This document shows, one piece after another, positions 17,480-24,084 of a stretch of 24,084 nt of DNA. The stretch comes from a virus (lineage: Duplodnaviria > Caudoviricetes). The translations under genes and the position numbers were made by a program. The stretch lies in the IMG/VR virus record IMGVR_UViG_3300025098_000283, positions 1-24,084 of that record. The stretch is one strand, 5' to 3'. Below the pieces are notes generated by a model. That model was not told where the DNA came from and ran no database searches. It saw nothing but the letters and a program-made list of their open reading frames with translations. Position 1 is the stretch's first letter; each line of letters begins with the position of its first letter.

Positions 17480-19095
17480 TATCTTGAACCAGTAGCTGAT
17501 ATGTCGATGTCAAAACCTGAGACCTCAAAGTCTTTATTATCCGAGACAAGTATCTTGTAACTCAGGTATCTACCTGCAGAACGACTATCAATTTTATAGT
17601 CAGTGCCTGTGTTAAATACTGTTGAGTTGCCATAGGTAGGCTCAGAGTTAGGGATGTCTGAGGCACCGAAGGTAAAGGTTATATCCTTGTCAGAGTTTGT
17701 AGTTGTCGCCTGAGGGTATATTGCATTGACAACCTTGTAGCCACTTAACGGTACCTTAGTCTCATCTAAGTCAATGCCAACTCTTTCGACACTGGCAGGT
17801 TTAATAGCCTCAGTGTCTAACTGAAAGGCAATACGTCCTACATCGGATAAATCCAGTGCATACAGCTTGTCTGAGGTTATGCCGTCAGTTGACTTAGATT
17901 CACCTACCATAAGTGTGTGTCGGTCGAATGAATCTTCCTGAGCGTAGTAGGTACCACCTGTTAAGGCATATGTTAAACCAGTGGCTGTTGCATAGGTAAC
18001 AATAGAGTTTACGTTAGCCACGGTTCCTGAAGACACGTTAGGTAAATCCATGAATGACCATGTGTCGTTTCTGTAGTTGTAAACAGCAGCTCTGTTACAC
18101 CTGTTTGCATTCGGAAAGCTGACTAAGCTGTCACCTGATAGGTAGCAGAAGTATATCTCATTAAGCGTTGGGTTATGCTGTACAAAGAAGGTTTCTTTAG
18201 CTGTGTTGTTTAAGCCGTTGTAGATAAAGTTCCTTACCTTCTCATCACATATAGACTGCTTGGATGTACCATCGTGTACATAGATGTCAAAGGCACCAAA
18301 GGCATAGTGTTTACCGTCAACCTCGACAACACAGTTCTGATTGATAAGACCTGCATCTGTAAATAACTTTCTAAAGTTAAATATAAACGTACCACCTACA
18401 AACTCCATCAACCAAACTTGGTCACTTGAGTATACAATAAAGTTACTACCTAAAGGCATACCATCGATAATACCTGTCTGCATTTCACCTAAGTCATTAA
18501 AACCTGCAGACTTAGTTGTGTCGGTTTCATCCCAACTATCAGGCACGGCATCGGCTGTGGCAATGTTCGACCACCTAACACGAGTAGGGAAGTTACTTGA
18601 TCCCTCGGTTGTGTTTAGTGCCAGTAGAAAGTCATTGTATGACCTAAGGGATGCACATCGATATGTCGAAGGCCAGTTGGTTAAGTCTGCAAAGTTAGTA
18701 CCTGCAGAGGTTCTGAAGATAGGCACACGGTCTTGCCTGTTGATATAAGTTACGGAAGACAGAGTAGTTCCTGTATATGGTCGTGGATCTGAACTGCCAC
18801 TGATTGAACCACTTCTGTCTGATACGGTACCTGAGTTATACTCCTTGATAACATAGGCATCGGAAAACATTAGTACACTGTCATAGCCTGTGGAAGGCAC
18901 GACACCATAAGTGAAACGAGGGGAGAATCCCAGTGATCCTTTTACGCTTCTGAAGATTGGTGACCTACGGACTTTTCCCTCGTCAAATCGAACATTCAAG
19001 GCTTCGCTGAATGCATTAACTGGTATGTTGTATGAGCTTTTATCAGATATAACTCCAACAGATCCTAAGTCTCTAATTGGAAAGTTATTGCCCAT
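17479..19095 (-). CDS. Tail nozzle / DNA stabilization protein (P22 gp10 / tubular B-like, 538 aa)
   Basis: Beta-propeller-like composition with ALNVRF, RVRWS, EIYFCY, AVYNYRNDTWS and C-terminal GRYLSYK motifs. Position before the ejection proteins fits. Confidence 0.75.
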   Translation of the reverse strand: MGNNFPIRDLGSVGVISDKSSYNIPVNAFSEALNVRFDEGKVRRSPIFRSVKGSLGFSPRFTYGVVPSTGYDSVLMFSDAYVIKEYNSGTVSDRSGSISGSSDPRPYTGTTLSSVTYINRQDRVPIFRTSAGTNFADLTNWPSTYRCASLRSYNDFLLALNTTEGSSNFPTRVRWSNIATADAVPDSWDETDTTKSAGFNDLGEMQTGIIDGMPLGSNFIVYSSDQVWLMEFVGGTFIFNFRKLFTDAGLINQNCVVEVDGKHYAFGAFDIYVHDGTSKQSICDEKVRNFIYNGLNNTAKETFFVQHNPTLNEIYFCYLSGDSLVSFPNANRCNRAAVYNYRNDTWSFMDLPNVSSGTVANVNSIVTYATATGLTYALTGGTYYAQEDSFDRHTLMVGESKSTDGITSDKLYALDLSDVGRIAFQLDTEAIKPASVERVGIDLDETKVPLSGYKVVNAIYPQATTTNSDKDITFTFGASDIPNSEPTYGNSTVFNTGTDYKIDSRSAGRYLSYKILVSDNKDFEVSGFDIDISATGSR

Positions 19096-19110
19096 ATTTA
19101 ATTGCTTTCT

Positions 19111-19734
19111 TTAAATTGAATTAGTCGCTGAGTAGAAGTCATTCAAGTCTATGGTACCTGAGGTCGGTACATTGGCATTAGATCCAACAGTTACCGTTCT
19201 CGTACTGTAGCTATTACCACCAAAGTTAAATGAGTTGTTAGACCAACCATTACTCGATCCACTAAAGGATCCTGAGATAGTGTCACCTGCAGTGGCAGAG
19301 CATGATCCGTTGTAGTAGGATGTACTGTCGTTAGAGACTAAGCCTTGGTTTAAAACATTACTTCCGTTCTTAGCTATAACGATTGTAGCTGTATTGGGAT
19401 TGCCTGATCCACCGTAATAATAAGCAAACCTGTAGTGATAAGTACCAGTTTTGTTAACCGTAAAAGACCATGACTGTACATTGGCTGCTCCGTTGTCTGA
19501 CCATAGTGAATACTTAAATAGGTTACCACTGTTAAACTGAAAGCCTTGGTCTACACCACCACGACCTGAGTTATTACTGGAAGCTGAGGTAGAACCTGCA
19601 GTCGCTGTGTCCGACAGACTAGAGGGAACGATACTACCACCACGATAGCATTCACTCAAGGCTATGGAACCAGTGTCACCAAACTCTGTCCTGATGTCAT
19701 CCATTGATATGGTACCACTAGACTGGATAGCCAT
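19111..19734 (-). CDS. Fibre-tip adhesin-like protein (207 aa; start revised to MAIQSSG)
   Basis: MAIQSSGTISMDDIRTEFG...IALSECYRGG at the N-terminus and VPTSGTIDLNDFY at the C-terminus. This motif family typically follows S74-chaperoned fibres. Confidence 0.6.
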   Translation of the reverse strand: MAIQSSGTISMDDIRTEFGDTGSIALSECYRGGSIVPSSLSDTATAGSTSASSNNSGRGGVDQGFQFNSGNLFKYSLWSDNGAANVQSWSFTVNKTGTYHYRFAYYYGGSGNPNTATIVIAKNGSNVLNQGLVSNDSTSYYNGSCSATAGDTISGSFSGSSNGWSNNSFNFGGNSYSTRTVTVGSNANVPTSGTIDLNDFYSATNSI

Positions 19735-20509
19735 TGCAACTGCATCCCTGTACATGTGTGTCTAGTTGTTTCTTAAGATCCTTAATGGCCTCGATAAGTA
19801 ATGGTGCTAGTTTCTCATAGTGTACCGTCATATACTCAGGGTCGATAGGAGCCTCAGCTATTATCTCAGGCATGATAGCTTCTACGTCCTGAGCAGAGAC
19901 CCCTACCTCCACCTTATCTTCATAACCGTAATCTTGAGCTATCGCATTAGGTCTGAAGTAAAACCCATTGAGTGTCATTACCTTGTCTAAGGCTCCTTCA
20001 ATGGGTTGGATGTCGGTCTTAAGTCTCATGTCTGAATAGTAGGCTGTCACGTTACCAGTGGATCTTACCTCGGCAAACGTCACCGTGTCTGAGGTTGCCA
20101 CGGCTTGGCCTATAGATACTGTAGGGGTTGCACCCTCGGATCCTGAGTTGGCTACTGTAACGCCAGTACCACCAGTTATACCTGCCACATAGTTACCTGA
20201 GGTATGGGTACCCAAAGTCAAGCCTGATCCACTCAAGGATATGTCACCTGATATCGCAAGGTTACCAGTCACCGAGGCACCTGTAGTACTGGTAGCCACA
20301 CGAGTGGCACCGTTAGAGTCCAGTAGGGATGTAGGGTCTTGGTTTAACTGGGTGTGGGTCGCTGTGACGGCACCAGTTACATTAGGGAACGTAGCTTTAA
20401 TGGTAGTCTTGATTAGACGAAGGTGGTCGTCTGCCTGTGCTAGGGCATCGGTGGACGTTGGGTTAGTAGACACTAATCCATTGATATAGGTTGCACTTTC
20501 TAAGGCCAT
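19718..20509 (-). CDS. Short tail fibre with C-terminal intramolecular chaperone (peptidase S74), 263 aa
   Basis: N-terminal anchor MALESATYI...NP...DDHLRLIK...FPN. TAYYSDMRLKTDI autocleavage motif, GVSAQDVEAIMPE, and YEKLAPLLIEAIKDL coiled coil. Confidence 0.85.
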   Translation of the reverse strand: MALESATYINGLVSTNPTSTDALAQADDHLRLIKTTIKATFPNVTGAVTATHTQLNQDPTSLLDSNGATRVATSTTGASVTGNLAISGDISLSGSGLTLGTHTSGNYVAGITGGTGVTVANSGSEGATPTVSIGQAVATSDTVTFAEVRSTGNVTAYYSDMRLKTDIQPIEGALDKVMTLNGFYFRPNAIAQDYGYEDKVEVGVSAQDVEAIMPEIIAEAPIDPEYMTVHYEKLAPLLIEAIKDLKKQLDTHVQGCSCNGYPV

Positions 20510-21075
20510 GGGATTTTCCTTCTCTCATCTAAAAGGTCGAACAACAATAACAACAACAAGAAGGCTTTAACGACTTTTTGAAATTGATTGTATTATTAAG
20601 GGTATGGGGGTCTAAAATCTGAGGTATGGTACCAAAATTAAACGACAATACATGCTAAGTACTTGATATCTATAGTTATCTTAGGTCAACAGACTAGTTA
20701 TCTGATTACGATATAGTACCTATGTATCTTAAGACATTAGACATTAAGTGAAATTTATTCGTAAGGGGTATATTTAAGGTCGTTGAAAATAGGGATCTCA
20801 CTTACTTATTCCCTATAGTTTTATCTCTAGTTAACCCATGTATCACCACTGATACACACACATATCCCTCATTCACTCCTGATCTCTCCTAAGGGTGGAC
20901 ACAGAGATTGCTTAAGTTAACTAAAGGATCAATTAGTGTCTAGTGACACGACATTAGTGACCCCTTGATAACCTGTTACAATAGTATACATTAGTACATG
21001 TGAACTGTTAGAGATAGCCTGTGTTGCCTTGATGTAACAACTTGTAGTTGGCATTCTGACAGTTCACACCTTTAC
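20510..21075. promoter_or_regulatory. Long non-coding control region between the nucleotide-metabolism and virion modules
   Basis: The only large gap in an otherwise tightly packed genome. Contains several inverted repeats, an (AAC)n-like tract at 20541-20559 and GGGTATGGGGG at 20600-20610. Confidence 0.55.
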
Positions 21076-21312
21076 TTAAGTGTCTGATAGAACCCTTATG
21101 TTATCGTCACTGGATGCTTTAGTATCACCCAAGAGTTCTATCTCAGCCTGTAACCTTCTCTTAGGTATCACCTGATAGACTAAGGCCTGTCGTTCCTGTG
21201 TCTCCATCTGTGACCATCTACTGATCTCAAATGTAGTCCTATAACAGGCTGAACACCAGTCTCTCTTGGTGTCCAGTCTGCATACGTTTTTACATGGTGA
21301 TAGCATAGTCAT
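21076..21312 (-). CDS. DUF1289-family Cys-rich protein (78 aa)
   Basis: SPCxxVC...WCxxCYRTxxEIxxW signature. ATGA overlap with the RNR stop. Confidence 0.8.
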   Translation of the reverse strand: MTMLSPCKNVCRLDTKRDWCSACYRTTFEISRWSQMETQERQALVYQVIPKRRLQAEIELLGDTKASSDDNIRVLSDT

Positions 21313-23231
21313 ACGATCTCACAGGCTCCACCGACACAGGCTAACTCCTGTGATCCTATGGTGTTGTCCTGTTGTTCATACTCACTTAGCTTAGACCAGT
21401 CGATGTCCTTAGGCATAGCCTGAGACATGATGTCATACTCAGACTGGTCACAGTCCTGATAGGGTGCCTGTTGGTATGTATGGTCACTGAAGGGTAGGAA
21501 CGACACACCTGACATGTAATCGAAGTTGTCGTATACCCAAGCACCTACATCCAACCACTCATGCTCCTTCACTGACACAGTGACTGATGGCTTGTGTTCA
21601 CACCAGTTCTTCTGATACATGAGCCACAACTCTAGCTGTTCTATAGCTGTCTTATCCGTCCTGAAGACTGCATTACTTGGTGCCTCCATAGGAAAGCTAA
21701 AGACTGTAGTATTGTCAGGGTTCATCACATCGTCCTCAGCAGGTATGCCTTGGTCAACCATCAGCTTAGTCAGTGGATCCTTCTTATCACCTCTGACTGT
21801 TCTTATGTAGTAGGGGTTGTGCCTAGCGTGAATACCTGAGGCAGCATCAACCAACTGACTAACAGTACCTGATGGCTTAACACATGTAATGGCTACTGAC
21901 TGTGGTATGCCTATATCCTTAGCAAACTCAGCGTTAGTCTTTACAGCCTCTTCCTTCAGCTCCTGTAACAATAGGTCAAGTCCTGACTTGTTACCGTTAG
22001 TCAAGTCGTTATCCATGATACCAGTTAACGACACACCAAGCAGTCTTTCCTCTTCACAGTTCTTTCTCCATTCACTGGAGACATACCTGAAGTTAGTCAG
22101 TGACGACTGTATTGTACCTATGATGGTAGCCAGTCGTACCTTGTTTAGTAGTGTCTCTTTTGTATCATGAGGACGTATAACTACCTCACTTAAGTTACAG
22201 AACTCACGGTCTCTTAATATGATCTCAGAGCAGGGGTTAGTTCCAAACTCGTGGTTGTCGATCACTCTGCGACCTGAGGCCTCAGCCATGTTGTTAGCTG
22301 ACTGTCTGTTGAAGATACCACGTTCACCTGACTTAGATTCATACAAGGACTTCCACTCATCCATGAAGATACCTATGTCAGGCTTCTCAGTGTAGACTGC
22401 TGAGTTGTTAGCTAAGGCTCGCTGCTTGTTAGCATTCCACCATTCACCTGACTTAGCGTGTCTCATTCTGTCGTCAGATAGGTTAGACAAGCTGATCAGT
22501 GCTGACCTTCTAACACCACCAACAACCACTACTTCGGCTATCTTACATACAATGTCATGGCACTCCACTGAGTTTAACTTACGACCTGCAGCATTCTTAA
22601 TTACCTGTACAGTAAAGTTAAACAAGTTCTCCAGTGGTGCAGCTCCTGATGCCCTGCCACCGAATGTCTTTAATGGTGAACCTGCAGGTCTAACAAGACT
22701 GGTGTTCCACTCAGGTATCTGACCTATGTATAACAGTCCTATAAGCTCCTTGTAGGCCTTTGCCCAACCTAGCTTACTATCCTTAACTGTTATGACTGTA
22801 TCGCTGTTGTAGAAGCTCTCAGCAACAACTGGTAGCTTGTTTACATTCTGTCTTTCGACACTAAAGCCGACACCAGTTCCATTCATTAATACATACAGTA
22901 TTTCATCGAATGCACCCAGTCTATTTACAGCTACATAGCTACAGTTGTAACCTGCTATGTTTTCCTTCTTAAGTGCCTCACCTGCTGTCATTAGACACCT
23001 CATTGATGGCATAACACTTAAGTTCATAACGGCCTCATGAAGCTCTTGCATAATAGAAGGAGGCACGGAAAAACTATGCTGCTCCATGAGGTGTTCTTTA
23101 AAGAAGTTGAAGTACCTGTCTACTGTCTCACCCCAGTTCTCCCTACGTTGTTCCTCAGGTAACCACCGTGAGTAACGTGATAGATGTATGAACTGCTGAT
23201 ACAGTGACGGTAAGTAATTATCTAATTGCAT
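21309..23231 (-). CDS. nrdJ: Class II adenosylcobalamin-dependent ribonucleotide reductase (640 aa)
   Basis: YNCSY, GGVRRSA, GTNPCSEI (thiyl radical Cys), TCVKPSGTVSQL, WCEHKPS and the C-terminal CVGGAC redox pair. No small-subunit gene is adjacent. Confidence 0.92.
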   Translation of the reverse strand: MQLDNYLPSLYQQFIHLSRYSRWLPEEQRRENWGETVDRYFNFFKEHLMEQHSFSVPPSIMQELHEAVMNLSVMPSMRCLMTAGEALKKENIAGYNCSYVAVNRLGAFDEILYVLMNGTGVGFSVERQNVNKLPVVAESFYNSDTVITVKDSKLGWAKAYKELIGLLYIGQIPEWNTSLVRPAGSPLKTFGGRASGAAPLENLFNFTVQVIKNAAGRKLNSVECHDIVCKIAEVVVVGGVRRSALISLSNLSDDRMRHAKSGEWWNANKQRALANNSAVYTEKPDIGIFMDEWKSLYESKSGERGIFNRQSANNMAEASGRRVIDNHEFGTNPCSEIILRDREFCNLSEVVIRPHDTKETLLNKVRLATIIGTIQSSLTNFRYVSSEWRKNCEEERLLGVSLTGIMDNDLTNGNKSGLDLLLQELKEEAVKTNAEFAKDIGIPQSVAITCVKPSGTVSQLVDAASGIHARHNPYYIRTVRGDKKDPLTKLMVDQGIPAEDDVMNPDNTTVFSFPMEAPSNAVFRTDKTAIEQLELWLMYQKNWCEHKPSVTVSVKEHEWLDVGAWVYDNFDYMSGVSFLPFSDHTYQQAPYQDCDQSEYDIMSQAMPKDIDWSKLSEYEQQDNTIGSQELACVGGACEIV

Positions 23232-23502
23232 TTGGTTCTTTTCCCTCTAGCTGATTGATCCTCATTTCGCAGTACCTGACTGCCTTTTGTAGATCTGTTA
23301 TTTCTGATTGTGTTTCGTCTTGGTTGTCATAGGTCTTAAGACCTGCCCTCATGACGTACTTAATGATGTTGCCCTTCCAAAAGGACAGACCGTTCTTCAT
23401 GATGAAGCTGACTGGTTCTATCTTGAAGACCTCGTAATGAGGTGGTTTGGTGATTATCTTTTCCTGTTTAGCCATGGCTTTCATGAACTCCATATGTCTC
23501 AT
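23218..23502 (-). CDS. DUF3310 protein (T7 gp1.7-related, putative nucleotide kinase)
   Basis: KPPHY...IEP...GNIIKYVMRAG.K...DLQKA..Y signature. Confidence 0.85.
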   Translation of the reverse strand: MRHMEFMKAMAKQEKIITKPPHYEVFKIEPVSFIMKNGLSFWKGNIIKYVMRAGLKTYDNQDETQSEITDLQKAVRYCEMRINQLEGKEPNAIR

Positions 23503-23630
23503 AGCCGTCTCATTCCATCACGCTGTTGTTTGCGATGGCTTAGTCGGCAGTATTGGTTGTAATAGTGGGTGGATATCGTGTTGAAGAACTTGAATAACTT
23601 GAAGTTGATGTTGATAATTAAGGAGTCCAT
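23499..23630 (-). CDS. Hypothetical 43-aa protein (not in ORF track)
   Basis: AAGGAGGAGG RBS. MDSLIININFKLFKFFNTISTHYYNQYCRLSHRKQQRDGMRRL*. Its start overlaps the exonuclease end, and its stop forms ATGA with the DUF3310 start. Confidence 0.7.
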   Translation of the reverse strand: MDSLIININFKLFKFFNTISTHYYNQYCRLSHRKQQRDGMRRL

Positions 23631-24084
23631 AACTTGACCTCCTCCTTATCGTAATCCCAGTCACTCGACCTTAAGATCCTAGCTAACCTAGCCTGTGTTA
23701 AGGCTTCTTCCTTGGTGTAACCTGCCTTGACGTATGCATCCTCAACAGCTCCCCAATGTGGCCTAGAACCTAGTATGGCCTCGGCCTTCTTTATGCCAAC
23801 TCCTGACAGGCCTTTATATCCGTCAGTTGAATCACCAGTTAAAGCCTGAGTTAAGAAGTTCTTGTCTGCCTCTTGCTGAGTAATATCTAGGAACTCATTA
23901 GACATAGGACGGTATATCTTAGTCGGTATCGTCTTCATGTCCTTGTCGTCACTGATAATCATTGTAGTGGAGTTAGACTTGATACCCATGACATCGTCAG
24001 CCTCTAGCGTAGGCATTGTCACTGTCCTGTAGTTATCCCTACACCAATCAATCATGTATGAGTAGCCGACAGGCTTTCTTATCT
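23618..24084 (-). CDS. 5'-3' exonuclease (T7 gp6-like), C-terminal part; start lies beyond the right edge
   Basis: LEADDVMGI, SDDKDMKTIP, GDSTDGYKGLSGVGIKKA (H3TH) and QARLARILR motifs. The frame stays open upstream of the track's Met (IRKPVGYSYM). Confidence 0.9.
   Translation of the reverse strand, partial: IRKPVGYSYMIDWCRDNYRTVTMPTLEADDVMGIKSNSTTMIISDDKDMKTIPTKIYRPMSNEFLDITQQEADKNFLTQALTGDSTDGYKGLSGVGIKKAEAILGSRPHWGAVEDAYVKAGYTKEEALTQARLARILRSSDWDYDKEEVKLWTP

Noticed and set aside
20656-20666. TAAGTACTTGA as a recombinase or attP-associated site
   Set aside because: It is a single copy with no partner repeat, and no integrase is visible in the window.
20541-20950. CRISPR array or tRNA in the intergenic region
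   Set aside because: There are no regularly spaced repeats and no cloverleaf with a T-loop consensus.
20929-21054. 41-codon minus-strand ORF (MPTTSCYIK...) in the non-coding region
   Set aside because: It has a poorly spaced RBS, overlaps the structured element and has no protein-like features I can recognise.
21309-23231. Intron or intein in nrdJ (also checked terL and portal)
   Set aside because: The frames are continuous and of normal length, with no intein splice motifs or P/Q/R/S elements noticed.
5678-23562. Remaining short plus-strand and nested ORFs in the track
   Set aside because: They lie wholly or largely within well-supported minus-strand genes and have no recognisable motifs. 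They are the expected antisense shadows.

Overview
The window is part of a tailed, podovirus-type phage genome that looks marine. All credible genes are on the minus strand. In transcription order (right to left) it starts with a T7 gp6-like 5'-3' exonuclease (partial), a 43-aa ORF missing from the track, DUF3310, a class II (B12-dependent) ribonucleotide reductase and DUF1289. A ~565-nt structured non-coding region follows, then a virion operon: short tail fibre with S74 chaperone, adhesin-like protein, tail nozzle, three ejection proteins (one with a lytic transglycosylase, one of 1661 aa with enzyme-like domains), TerS, TerL, portal, scaffold, major capsid, small proteins, adaptor and fibre-like genes. 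The main result is that the major capsid gene, which looks truncated in the ORF track (227 aa), is split by a 285-nt ORF-less group I intron (3180-3464, IA2-like). The intron has full P/Q/R/S core elements, a P1 helix with U.G at the 5' splice site and a terminal G, and splicing restores a 295-aa capsid protein. Secondary signals are two hairpins whose loops are complementary to the next gene's Shine-Dalgarno, a polyvalent-type ejection protein, a permuted morphogenesis gene order and a possible antisense structured RNA. All calls come from manual motif reading; no searches were run.
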